Shown here: positions 1 through 12,875 of the stretch, piece by piece
How positions within the stretch are numbered: position 1 is the stretch's first letter
Layout of the letters: every line of letters starts with the position of its first letter
NCBI GenBank assembly: GCA_964188305.1
Contig: OZ076893.1
From: Podarcis bocagei
Lineage: Eukaryota
DNA length: 64,000 nt
Strand: one strand, 5' to 3'
Position numbers and translations under genes: made by a program
The notes under the pieces: generated by a model
Told to the model about the DNA's origin: nothing
What the model saw: the letters and a program-made list of their open reading frames with translations, nothing else
The model's database searches: none

Positions 1-293
1 ACATCTTACAATATGGGAGAGGCAAAAAAGAGACCCTCAAAACTTGCAGCAACTAGTACCTGGGAATTTGTAGAGGGTACATCTACCCTGGTTTTTCTGT
101 ACTATCATTAGGCTCCGTCTGGTAGCAGTGATGTGATATCACATTACTACAACTACTATATTTTTACCTTGTCCTTCCTTCAGGTATGTGATGCATTGCA
201 ATATACTGGGTTTTAATAAAAAGTGTGAAAAAGTGGCTGCAGTCCTAGCACCACTTTCCTGGGGAAAAGCTCCACTGAATTCAACAGGACTTA

Positions 294-553
294 CCGTATT
301 TTTCGCTCTATAAGACGCACCAGACCACAAGACACACCTAGTTTTTGGAGGAGGAAAACAAGAAAAAAAAAATTCTGAATCTCAGAAGCCAGAACAGCAA
401 GAGGGATCATTGTGCAGTGAAAGCAGCAATCCCTCTTGCTGTTCTGGCTTCTGGGATAGCTGTGCAGCCTGCATTCGCTCCATAAGGCGCACACACATTT
501 CCCCTTACTTTTTAGGAGGGAAAAAGTTGAGTCTTACAGAGCAAAAAATACGG
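294..553. mobile_element. Non-autonomous Tc1/mariner-superfamily (Tc2/pogo-like) MITE
   Basis: TIRs ccgtatttttcgctctataagac / gtcttacagagcaaaaaatacgg, with TA on both sides (292-293, 554-555). Confidence 0.8.
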
Positions 554-984
554 TATTTCTGAGTAAACATGGTTAGGATTGTGCTGTTAAAAGTTAATTA
601 AATGGCAGCACATTGTTGCATAGAGAAGAATGTTGTGGCATTGCTAGGGTTAGGTACAGGTGTGCCACGCACCCACAGTTTTCCCAGTCAAAATCCAGTA
701 GATTTCCTTGGCACTCATGCAGATACATACTACACCAAGCTCAGTACAGCAATCAGCATTGTTGCTGAGCACTAAGTGGGGAATTGAATGTGTTCCCCTT
801 GGTGACAAAAGATTGCTGTTTCAGTGCTGGAAATATGCAGCGCACCTGCAACAAATGTAGTATGAAAGATCCCCCCCCAACCACTGAGTAACAACTGCAC
901 AAGCCTTGCACACTAAGCCTCTCATTTGGAAAGGCCCTAATCCCCGAGGGGAAAGAGACTTTAGTTGAACAATCAGAAAACTGG

Positions 985-1188
985 NNNNNNNNNNNNNNNN
1001 NNNNNNNNNNNNNNNNNNNNNNNNNNNNNNNNNNNNNNNNNNNNNNNNNNNNNNNNNNNNNNNNNNNNNNNNNNNNNNNNNNNNNNNNNNNNNNNNNNNN
1101 NNNNNNNNNNNNNNNNNNNNNNNNNNNNNNNNNNNNNNNNNNNNNNNNNNNNNNNNNNNNNNNNNNNNNNNNNNNNNNNNNNNNNNNN
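985..1188. other. Assembly gap (N run)
   Basis: Run of N. Confidence 1.
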
Positions 1189-1987
1189 CCACTCTCTTGA
1201 AGCAGAGGGACATTCGGATTATTGAATGCCTTTGTATTCTTCCTTCCTACCAGGCTATGGAGTCCAGCAGTGGCATCAGGCCCACACACTTCCTGGCAGG
1301 CATCCAGTCCTCCGCCTTCAAGCTGCATGGGCATTTGCCAATCTAAGCAGCACTGGTAGGCAAACAAGCATGGCACACGACGGCTTTGGCCGGTGGCCAA
1401 GTGTGCAGTTGAACAATCACCCTTGTTTCTACTGTACAGGGAGACACATTCCTCGCCTATTCTCTCCCATTCAGCTGATTTACATGTCAAAGTTTTGTTA
1501 TGATACAAAAGAATGTGCATTTATCTACATTTTCTTTCTCCTTTTACACCTTTATTAGTCCCTCGGCAGCGCAGGTCATGAATTCATCAATGGCTTTATT
1601 TAAATCTCTCCTGGCTGACAGTTTCTTCAATGAAATGACCCCATAGTGTTATCAGTTAGCTAGCAGGTGGGTCTGCTTATTCAGAGTCTCACTGGCAACA
1701 ATGCATCATGGGTGATGAGCAATCTATGCATGATCCAGCTCTCCCTGACATTACTCATGAGATTTTTTCCCTTGTTCACTGCGATGATGGAACTTGGGGA
1801 AAATATTTTCTATTCAGCATTGCACTCTCAGGCATATTGACCAAAAGTTCCCACAAAAGCCATAAGTGTCTATAAATTCTAAACAGCTCCATTCATTGCA
1901 AGAGGACTTCTAGAAAACTGATCCATTTAACCTTATGTTAAAAAAAAATCTTTGAAAAGAAATGATATGCATATTCAAGGCATATCC

Positions 1988-1990
<3 letters not shown>

Positions 1991-2039
<49 letters not shown>

Positions 2040-2045
2040 TGTGTG
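1991..2045 (+). repeat. Compound microsatellite (CT)n(GT)n
   Basis: Seen directly. Confidence 0.95.
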
Positions 2046-2329
2046 CAGTATCTGTCAAGGATAAGAATGCTGTCAGAAGCAAAGAAGGAAGCCTCATATT
2101 TGCTGAATAGACACAGTCTCTGTTCTTTGTTAACAAGCCTATTGTCCACTTAGAAAACTGGATTTATGTTATACTCTGTTATCTGGATTCCTACCATTCC
2201 TCCATCCTTCTTCATACTGCTATGATGTCTAAGGATATAATTTTTTGAAGAGGATCTGTGGCTTCAACCAAAACTAAAAGGCTGCCTGCTGTTTTTCAAG
2301 AACAACCTAAAGTATTTGAGTTGGAGGGA

Positions 2330-2495
2330 GGGGCCACAGTTTAGTGACAGAGCACATGCTTTGCACGCATAGAAGCACAAGTTCAGTCCCTAGCATCTCC
2401 AGCTAATGGTACCCAATAATTAGGGATGAAGAACATCTCTGCAAGACTGCTGCTGCACTAATGCACTATTGACCTGGGTTCAGTGTAAGACAGTT
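2330..2495 (+). mobile_element. Degenerate tRNA-derived SINE (Squam3-like)
   Basis: Head agtgacagagcacatgctttgca...gttcagtccctagcatctcca resembles copies at ~14990, ~15720 and the minus-strand copy at ~45700. Confidence 0.55.
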
Positions 2496-5400
2496 TGGTA
2501 TAATTATATGGTTTATATCAAGGATGTGGATCCTATGGCCTCCACAGCTGGACCACCAGCCCCATCTAGTATGGTCAGTGGTGAGGGATCATGGGTGCTG
2601 GAGTCCTGAAACATATTGAGGGTCACAGGTTTCCTATGAAAGGAAGGACAGGATATAAATTTAATAAAATGAAAGGCCCTATATTGAAGAACCATATTCT
2701 GAAAATTCACATGTCTGATGTCCTCATTACATCCCTGCTGTGATATTCCATGCCAGAGGAGGCCTGCCACAATCTGAACTGAGTTCACTGGAATTCACTT
2801 GACAAAGTGATGATCAAGATGTCAGTGCCAGACATGATAAAATGATCTGGGATCCTGCAGATTTTAATGTGTTTTTGTGATGCTGAACTTCCTAAATCTT
2901 CATGACATTTCTGAAGAAATGGAGGAACATCCTCTGTCTTCACATCTCTGTTGAGAGTGTGACATTTCACACACATGGTATCTTTCTTACTCAAATATAT
3001 GTATGCATACTAACATTCATGCTAGGCAAAATATTTGAAAGGCATGCTCTTCTTTTCACCCAATTTCCAAATATTGCAGTTTGGGTTACATTTCGCACCA
3101 ATGTATGTCCCAATCATTTTCATGGGAGCTGTTCTTACAATTTGAACTATACATTTAGCATATGATGAACTATTATTGCATCCTAGTTGTAAACATTTTA
3201 CATATAACCTGCAACACACTTCTTTTTTGGCTACTGGCAACTTCTTACCTTACATCGCTCAGGAATTCTTAGAAAACAAAAACCCATGTAGTTTTGAAAT
3301 CAGTGGTTAAAATCAGTGCAGTCTTGCTTGGTATCAGAAGCCATCCCACAAATTTGGTTAAAATCAGTGCAGTTTCAAAAGGTCCAGTCCACCATCTTGA
3401 TTCAAAATGGCATCCAACTATAATAAAACATGGATGAAAATCTGGTCCTTGGTCTCAGAAACCATCATACAAAATTTGGTTACAATATCTGAAGTCCAAA
3501 TGCATAGCAAACAACTTTCCAAAATATGTAGTAGCTAAGGTGTTGTTATCATCTAGTCCAATTTATTATTCACCATCATAGGAACTCTATAATAAAGCCA
3601 ACACAAGCCCATTCTTATCCCTAAGAAAGGCATATTAAAGGCCACTGTTTTTATAAACTAGTGAGGCTTTATCCTGTTTGTGAATGCTTAAAAGAACATC
3701 CTATTGATTTTAATGGGACCTACTCCCAGATAAGTGTGTATAGGGTGTGTATAGCATTACATTCAATAGGATAATGAGCATCACCACATCCAGAATAGAT
3801 CAGGTCCCTACATATGAACTGAGTGAACCAATTACATGGCTTGAGATGATGCAAAATTCAAGTTCACAAGCCTAATGCATCCTCACATGACTCTGGACTA
3901 CATGATGCCACTATTAAAAGACTAGTGAACATCTTTTCAGTTATCCCCTCCCTTTACATAACAAAGAATCTGTTTGGGTTTTCTTTAAGATGCAACAGAC
4001 TAAGTAGAAATGAAATTAATAGCTTTTTACTTGTTCAATGTGACCCCAAAAGAACTAAAAATGGCAGAGTTGTGCTCCAATAATAAGAGCAGCAAATGCA
4101 GTTGGCTTCTTTCATCTATTGTAACCTTATTTCACCTGTCTTCTTCTATTCACCATGAGAACAGTAAGCAGTAAGCTAGATATGTGTGTGGCAAAGCCTC
4201 GCAGAATGTCTTCAGCCTTCATCAAACTGGTGCCTTCTAGGCTGGTTTGTACAGCTCTCTTCAGCCCCAGCCAGCACAGCCCATGTGCATTTTCAATTCA
4301 TGGTATAAATTCACTAACAATAGTCATTTTCCTCCCTATACAAGATACCTATTTCCTGTGTATTGATAATACACAGAATGCACTCTTTTTAAGTTCCACA
4401 GTATTGTTGCTAAATATTCCCCCAACAAACCTAATTCGCTGAGTTAAGAATCCAGCAGCCTCCTGAACAAGATGTTGGTTGCTAAGCCTACAGGATACAT
4501 TTTATTCTGTATGTGAATCTGGTTTGTTTCAGCTACACAGAAAGAAGGGGAGGCTGGGACACTTTCTTTGTCCAATTTCACACTAACGCATGGCATCATT
4601 TGCTCCATTGATAGCCTATTAGTAAAAAATTGTCCTTAAAGTTTAAACTCAAATGACACAAATGCGCTTATTAAACTTGGGGCTATATCTATATAGGGCT
4701 GACTCAATGAGCAATGCAGCAAACCATTTATGGCAACCCCCACTCTTTTGAGCTCCTCCCTCCCCCATTGAAATCTTAATGCATTTTCCATTTTAGATGG
4801 ATGGCAAGCGAAAAGGTGATAATGTAACTATAAATTACGTTATATTTGATATACGCACAATGCTCAGAATTGAAGCACTAGGTTCGTAGGATTAAAGCGT
4901 GCGCACACACACAGAGCCTCTCTTAGGTGTTTGTAATCGGAAGATTTTTTTAAAAAAAAACAAAACACCTATCAGACTATTTATAGAAAAAGGCAAAACC
5001 AGCTGAGCTGTCTGAAGTGATGTCACATCTGCTGCTGAAATGGACGGTGTTCTCCAAAGCTGCACTACTCTGCTTAAGCCACAGCTTGGAATGCAGCCTT
5101 CAGCAACGCAAAGGTGTAAATCGGGGGCATTTTTCAGCTCCACTAATCAATATTGCATTGATGATTCGCACATGACCTTTAACCCGACAAGAATACCAAT
5201 AGTGCGCCGCTGCATCGCTCAGCCTGCAAGGAGTGCCTCGCATAAGCTACCAATTTTACAATCGATCAGAAGTCATCTTTGTGAATAAAGCTCGAGATCG
5301 CAAGAAAGAGCAGGCAATTTTGGAAAGGTCAGGGCTTGGGTGTTTTTTTGCTTGACCTCCACTTTCTGGCTGGCACCACAGTTCTTTATAACCATTAAAA

Positions 5401-5496
5401 AATAGTAAGAATTTTTTTAAAAGATTCCCTACAACCACAACCACCACGTATTTTTAGTAAGCCTTTGGGCATTTTCACTGTCCCTAAAAGAATATG

Positions 5497-5530
5497 GTTG
5501 CATGGCAACCTCCACGGTTGCCATGGAGAC
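5497..5530. promoter_or_regulatory. Tandem RFX X-box pair in a putative distal enhancer
   Basis: gttgcatggcaac (5497-5509) and gttgccatggagac (5517-5530) compared with the X-box consensus GTTGCCATGGCAAC. Confidence 0.55.
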
Positions 5531-7474
5531 TCCATGTGTAAGCAGCTGCTGCAATCAGAATTAACTCCAGGCTTGCAGGTTTGTCATTCCAATACATGGG
5601 AAGGGGGGAGACAAATAGGACAGCACTCTGCCGTAAAGGGGAACTCACCTAGATAATGTCACTCACAAACATATGTTCCACAATTATTCTTTCCACTGTT
5701 TTATTGCAGCAATTAGAGCTAAACTAAGATTGCAAAATTATATGGTTTTAATTTGCCTCTATTGACTATGTTTCACTTCCACTCAGAAGAAACCTAACCC
5801 CATTTTGCAGCCAAACATTGAGTAGGGGTGGGGGAAGGGTTTGCAAGCATACCATTGCCCACTTATATGGTGTAAAACGAATGAGGCCAGCAGGAAATAT
5901 GATGTGGCCAAAAGAGAAATTAATTTACTATAGAAAAGTAGCCACAGCTTCTGTTCACTCACTTCTTTGCTTTTATTGAATTTCACCACAATATCTCCCA
6001 ATGCTGACTAGCGCTCTGAAAGAGCAAAACACTTCTGTCAAAATATGTTTTTTTCAAATTCCATCTCCAGCTCACCCCCAATCATGTGCCGGGATTGATG
6101 CTGTGTTGCAGTATCTGTATGATTGCTGTGTGCTCAAATACGCCTAAAATAAACAGGCACAAATGGAATTGACTTCAGGATGAGGTGACTTGCGTCGCCC
6201 AGATTCCACATCCCCTTAAACATTTGTTGGTGCACATTAACACAGGGTATGCAACTTGTTCTGCGCTGTGGGAGTTATATCACAAGCCAAAGGGCCGTAA
6301 GTAATTTACATTTTCAACTTGTATATCATTAACATAATTTACATATCATTTCCCTAAACAGTTGGTAGATATGTTGCATATAATAGTTCCTGTTGTATTT
6401 TTTTTTTAATAATGCCTTGCTCTCAATTTTGAGAATCCATGATTTATTGTCTTCAAAAGTTCTTGATGGATAGATATTCACACAGTTCAAAGACAAGAAT
6501 TCTCTTTCTCATTCTCTCTCTCTCTTTGTCTCCCTGCAATATCTGTTCTCAGGTTTTTAAATATATCTCTGTAATCACGTGGACGGCAATCTTTGTTTTA
6601 AATAAAACTAGACTTTTTCAATAGTTAAAAGGAAGCCTGCAGACTACACAAAAAGAGTTAAAATCCTTATTTGTATGTTAGCATCAATTAACTCTATAAG
6701 TCTATGATTCTATATTTGTGACATTTGTCCGGATTTCCCTCATTTCTTGACACAGAATGCAGTATTTCATATACAAGCTGCACATTTTTAATGCCCTCCT
6801 GTTGTAATTGTTCCATCAGAAAACCACTCTTAGTAGCTAGACATTTGACTCAAAACTAGGATCAAGCCCCTCCTTTGCCTTAGGCCCATTGTATGGCTCT
6901 GAATAAGCTCTTTCTCAAACTTATTTTTCTGCCTCTAAAATGTCAGCACCAATGTCCTCTTTCTCAGGGTTCTTTGAGCAAACGCACAAGATATAAATGA
7001 TAAACCCAATGATACAATAAAGAGTTCTCTTTAAATTACAAGTAACAGTCACACATTAATGGTGCAATCCTGTACATGTTAACATAGATGCTAGCCTTAT
7101 TTTGTACTCACAAGTAAGAATGTAGATAGGGTTGCAGGGTAAGGCTAGCTAGTAAACACACACTTATTATGGGGAAAAGCTCAACTGAACACAATGGGTA
7201 AACCTCTGAGTAAACTTGCATAGAATTGTGCTTCACCTCTGATTGATTTCAGTTGGGTTTTACACATGTGTAACCAGGTGGAAGACCACAGGCCTTGTTT
7301 GTGCAGAGTTTAAAACAGTAAGCCATATCTCAAAGCTGTACTTAAGGGAGAAAATGCTTCACTATTCTGAACAAAGGAAAACAAAAACAAAAACAGATTG
7401 AGTAAACATAAATTCATTCAGCTGGGATGATGCATTGCCTGTGTCCATATTTACATACCTTATAAAACAGTCCA

Positions 7475-7527
7475 TTATTTTTAAATATCCAGAGCTCACT
7501 GACTCATATTCAGAGATTACTGACTCA
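7475..7527. promoter_or_regulatory. MEF2 site plus two AP-1 sites
   Basis: ttatttttaa (YTAWWWWTAR, 7475-7484); tgactca at 7500-7506 and 7521-7527. Confidence 0.35.
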
Positions 7528-8956
7528 TATCAGCTTCTAATATAAAGGCAGTGTATTAATGCAGATTAGCATAATTAGAATGCACACACACAATAACCAA
7601 TTTTCATAAATTCTGTCTATCCAGGTTCTTATTAAAACGTACATTAAAAATCAGCCCGTTTAGATGTCTTTTTAATTAAAAGATACATATGCAGCATAAT
7701 GGTCTTTAACAAAATGAAAAACTTTATTATCTATGTACAAATATAGCTGGAAATTGTGTTTACATACATCCTTGTCAAAATGGCTGAACATATTTCTGCT
7801 GACAGATTTTGCAGGAGGAGGGTTGTGGGGGAAGGGATGGCCTTCTTGGGAAAAATCTACTGTGTGCCGTTTAGAAAATATCTTATTTCTGTGGACACGT
7901 TACAGTCTATAAACCCCTGAAAATAGGGGTTAATAATGAGAGCACAGATAGACCTTTATCTATAGTAATGCTGGCAGGTGCTGCTATAATAAACAAATCC
8001 ACATAGCATGTCGTGACCTATTTTCTAACCAGGCCAAGGAAAATGACATCAAGGAACTGAATTCTTTGCCTCCCCCTCCCCACCTTCCTGCAGTAGTTTC
8101 CTGCCATGAAATCCTGAAATCAGCAAAGATGATAACAGAAAAGCATATGCCTATTGTCTATGTCGTTGGCAAAAATACACACACACAAACACAGCATAAC
8201 TGATCTTTCAGTACTAAATTGGGAAGTTAAAACTGTAGCTCTTTTGTGCTCCGGCTAAATTGCAGCGGATTAGCGGGAACAGACAAAACAAAAAAAGCAA
8301 CACCTTTCCAACCATGCCATAGAGCGGCGCAAAGAACTGGCGATGGCTATTTTAAATATAACATGTGCATTGTGCTGCTTTAGCCTCCTGGTGGCTGGTA
8401 CTGGGCCTTCCTATATTCCTAACTGCAGGTTTAAGCTGTGCTCAGATAACCCCAGCACTGGGAGACTAAGCTGCAAAAGGGTTGCCAGATAAAACAGGTC
8501 TGATTGCTGCCTCCTTTTCCTGTTCACAATTTTTTAAAAAAAGTCTTAAGGTGACTTAGCCTGCTCTTGATTTTCTTGCAGTTTTGTTGTTGTTGTTACT
8601 GGTTGAAAGCCCAGCTTTTGTTCTCCTGAGAAATACTACTTATTTCGGTGGGATTCACTTGCTCACACCTGCAAAGGTCTTAAGCAATTGGGCTCTGCAC
8701 TGAATAGATAAAAAGAGTCTCTGATACCAGAAGTCAAACTGCTCCCAAATCACCCCTTGTGTTACAAAACAGCAAATGGGCATTGCGGACTCTTACCCCA
8801 AACCAGAATTGCCTGGACTGTAGATCATGGTGATAGTAGAGTATCTTAGGTATATGCAAATCCTTTCAGCTTAAGCTAAAAATGATAGCGGGAAGGCACT
8901 GTAGCAGTTCTAGTGATATCTAAAACTTCTCCATAGGCATAACATTAAACTTGAAT

Positions 8957-9156
8957 NNNNNNNNNNNNNNNNNNNNNNNNNNNNNNNNNNNNNNNNNNNN
9001 NNNNNNNNNNNNNNNNNNNNNNNNNNNNNNNNNNNNNNNNNNNNNNNNNNNNNNNNNNNNNNNNNNNNNNNNNNNNNNNNNNNNNNNNNNNNNNNNNNNN
9101 NNNNNNNNNNNNNNNNNNNNNNNNNNNNNNNNNNNNNNNNNNNNNNNNNNNNNNNN
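8957..9156. other. Assembly gap (N run) abutting the tandem array
   Basis: Run of N. Confidence 1.
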
Positions 9157-9651
9157 GCTTCCCTGCAGCAGGCGTCCCTTTCTAGCTGGGAGAAAGGGCC
9201 TGGGCCACGCCCCCTGGGCCAGTCGGAAAAGGCCCTGGAGGGGAGCAGGCCCTGCAGTCCTCACCCAGCCGATGGTCCGAGGCTTCCCTGCAGCAGGAGT
9301 CCCTTTATAGCCGGGAGAAAGGGCCTGGGCCACGCCCCCTGGGCCAGTTGGAGAAGGCCCTGGAAGGGAGCAGGCCCTGCAGTCCTCACCCAGCCGATGG
9401 TCCGAGGCTTCCCTGCAGCAGGCGTCCCTTTATAGCTGGGAGAAAGGGCCTGGGCCACGCCCCCTGGGCCAGTTGGAAAAGGCCCTGGAGGGGAGCAGGC
9501 CCTGCAGTCCTCACCCAGCCGATGGTCCGAGGCATCACCGCAGCAGGCGTCCCTTTATAGCTGGGAGAAAGGGCCTGGGCCACGCCCCCTGGGCCAGTTG
9601 GAGAAGGCCCTGGAAGGGAGCAGGCCCTGCAGTCCTCACCCAGCCGATGGT
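9157..9651. repeat. GC-rich 125-bp tandem array (4 visible copies)
   Basis: Units start at 9157, 9282, 9407 and 9532 and are near-identical; truncated on the left by the gap. Confidence 0.97.
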
Positions 9652-11492
9652 GAAGAGAATGAGAATACCAGGATGCCGCATAATTAAATTAAATTATACT
9701 CACTTATTTCAGTACAGATCTTTGGGACCTTTATGGATGGCACTGTGGAAGGGGTGGGGGTTTTCACAATACGCAAACTTGATTTCACAGGTTTCAAAAT
9801 GATTCTAAATGGAACTGGGACTGATGTATCTGATTTCCCTTACTATGTTACGCAAAACCGGAGTTGGTAAGAATTTATATGGAAGCTCAACCATTGAAAA
9901 TTGTCACCATATTTGTCCTTCCCCTCCCCCACCCCCACCCCCACACCCTCACACACGAAAAGAAGCCCTTACCATTTTTGCTGTTTTAATACTAGGCACA
10001 TAGCTTGGGGCCTTCTTCCCCTGACTGTGGTCTCCTGCTGTTTTCTTGGCTTTTTGTCTGAACTGGCCTTAGGGGCCTCCCTCCCTCGCTCTCTCCTCTC
10101 CTCAGCTGTGGGGCTGTGAACTCCTTGCACCGGTTCTCTACGCTGAGGCAGAATGTGTGGAAGACACACTTCCTCTATTAAAGGCACCAGCAGCACTCAG
10201 ATAAATGGGATTTGACATAGAGGGGGAGTACCATCCAACTCTTTATACATGGGGCCCCCCCCAACCACACAACTATAGAGATCTTGTTTAAAAATGTAAA
10301 TAAACTAGCAGTTTACCATTGAGTTTTCATTCACAACACTCTGTTTACAGCAGACATCCTGGATGCTTCCACGTGTCTTTATGAATGTCACAATACTGTA
10401 TTTTTATTTTAAATAACATCATCAGCTCAGCAGCCATTAAGAGATTGTGATATTTCTACAGCTGCTGCTAGCTTTTGGCTCAGATATTTGGGGAAGTTTC
10501 AGTCCCTGCCTTGCCCAAACTATCTGTGGTAAAAGCAGTAGCAGCAGGATCTCATATGACAGAAAATAAATATGTAATGTGGCAAAAGGAGAAACTCCCA
10601 TCTCCATTCCCCCACTTTTCCCTTCAAGATATGTTCTCGGTTGAAGGGGGGGGGGACACCAAAAGATGCAGGTCAAAAGCAGAAATAAACATTAGCTAGG
10701 ACATCAGATGTTCTGGCTGCCCACCCCCTGCATGACTGACAAGCTGTCCAGTCCTGATGTCACCATGGGGTCTGTATTATTCCTCGAAAACATTCCTGTT
10801 TTGTTTTATCCCTTTTGTTCCAGTTGTGTTGTATGCTAGAGGGCAGCCAGAAGTAGCCACGTCTGCTGTGTGGCCCTGTGTGTGTTCCTGTTGACCAACA
10901 TATAAGGCTTCCTCATCCTTCCCTATCACTTGTCATGCCTCAAGCTTTTCCTCCTTACTCTAATCCACATATTGCTCCTTCCCATTACTGCTCTAGACCA
11001 CATCAGCCCTTACAAATGACAATTTTACCTCACAGGTCAGCATCAATCTGTGGCAAATGCCTTCTAATTTCATAATTTAATTGTTTCCTAAAATGTATAT
11101 ACCACTTGATGGTTAAAAAACAACAACACCCTCAAAGCAGTTTTCTTACCCCTCGTAAAGATACTGTTTTTCAACCCACACTATTTTAAAAAAAATTGTT
11201 GTGAGGCCTGAATGCTATTCTTGGCTCCTTGGAGGAAAGGCAGGATACAAACAACATGATTTCTATGAAATCTTAATTTCACCACTGGAATAAATTAAAG
11301 AGAATTAAGTGAATATATGCAAATATGCATGGCTGGCATAATTTATTGATGAGAGCTTTTGTGCTTTCTAGTCACAAAAGTCAAAGAGAGTGCAGAGCAG
11401 AACCAATGGTGGGCATGATCAATTTCCTATGGAGCTGGATAAGAGATGGTGTTCAGGAACAAGCCCCTGCATTTAAACGAGGCTCATTAGGC

Positions 11493-11620
11493 CAGGTGGA
11501 GTCAACGTGGTGCCCTCCAAATGTTGTGGACTACAACATCCATCATTCCTGACCATTGGCCATGCTAGCTGGGGTTGATGGGATTCGCAGTTCAAACATC
11601 TAGAGGGCATCACATTATCT
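11493..11620. mobile_element. Short hAT-like palindromic MITE (related copies at ~2520-2635, ~4190-4280, ~44475-44610)
   Basis: gtcaacgtggtgccctccaaatgttgtggactacaa...catctagagggcatcac inverted structure recurs across the window. Confidence 0.6.
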
Positions 11621-11769
11621 AGTTCCCATATTTGGAATATCAGGATCCCATTACCTTTTTTTAAAAAAAAACAGGCTGTTTTCATGTTTTTGTGTATGTC
11701 CTTCAGCACTGAATAATACGGCTTTCCCTCAACCATCTCCCATTTGCTGACAAGCTTGTGGTGCATTTG

Positions 11770-11782
11770 AATAATAATAATA

Positions 11783-11847
<65 letters not shown>
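11770..11847. repeat. (AAT)n/(ATT)n microsatellite
   Basis: Seen directly; it produces the poly-Ile ORF artefact. Confidence 0.95.
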
Positions 11848-11926
11848 GCAGCTTTTGTACTCACCATTCAGCATAAGGCCTCAGGGTGGGTTACAGCAAT
11901 ATAAAAAAAGAAGATTATAACCAGTT

Positions 11927-12173
11927 CAGTGGTACCTCAGGTTAAGTACTTAATTTGTTCCGGAGGTGAGGTCTGTTCTTAACCTGAAACTGTTCTTAAC
12001 CTGAAGTACCACTTTAGCTAATGGGGCCTCGGGCTGCTTCCGTGCTGCTGGAGCACAATTTCTGTTCTTATCCTGAAGCAAAGTTCTTAACCTGAAGCAC
12101 TATTTCTGGGTTAGCAGAGTCTGTAACCTGAAGCGTATGTAACCTGAAGTGTATGTAACCCGAGGAGCCACTC
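11927..12173. mobile_element. Tigger/pogo-like MITE
   Basis: Ends cagtggtacctcaggtta / taacccgaggagccact; internal taacctgaag repeats. Confidence 0.7.
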
Positions 12174-12476
12174 TTTTTCAATCAGAAGAATCACATGGAT
12201 CCTACAAACCATAGATGTCAAAGACCATCATAAAGAGGTGGACCTTAAACCTAAGAAGCAAGTTATACAATGAAGGTACCAGATGCACCTCTGAGGGGAG
12301 GAAATTTCATAGCTTAGAGGCTGCCACAGGGAATGCCCTCTCTGAAATTTGACATTGGGAATGGCTACAGGCAGCTTTCAATCAGTAAATAGTGGTGTCA
12401 GATAGGATTGCCAGGTTCCAGTACAGAGGCCCTGCCTAACATTTTGAGAGCCCTAAGTTAGTGACCACTGATCAGC

Positions 12477-12816
12477 CAGGGCTGGCTTCCTCATGTTTGA
12501 GTGGCCTTTGGAATAGACCTACATGCACACACCTGGGAGGCTTATCTGAATACCCACACTGACAAGAGCACTGGACCCCCATGGCTAGACATGCCGGAAC
12601 CACCATTTTAATTCCCTTGTCCAAAAATAAGCGCATACGGTACCACATAGTGAGGGAATTAAAAATGAGATTGGCAAGTACAGTCACATTGTCTTGGCAC
12701 TCCTGTCAGCACTGGACAAAAATGAAAAAATGAAAGGGTGGTACAAACCAGACCTGTATCTGTGGTGATGGGTCTTGGCATTTTCATGAGGGTGCTGCAT
12801 GCTGGGGCCAGCCCTG
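12477..12816. mobile_element. Possible hAT-type MITE
   Basis: 10-bp TIRs cagggctggc / gccagccctg; TSD not clear. Confidence 0.4.
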
Positions 12817-12875
12817 GATGGAGCCATGATACCTCCTTTCCAAGGCTTCTTTTGCTCTATTCTATAGTTCCGTTA

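Noticed and set aside
1226-1558. Exon-like segment (acceptor ~1253, donor ~1355) and 110-aa ORF
   Set aside because: No recognisable protein in any frame and no partner exons; at most an unsupported lncRNA exon.
9157-9651. CRISPR-like array or coding repeat
   Set aside because: No unique spacers, eukaryotic context, and a 125-bp unit that is not a multiple of 3; the ORFs are repeat artefacts.
11473-11874. Poly-Ile ORF (133 aa)
   Set aside because: Translation of the (AAT)n microsatellite.
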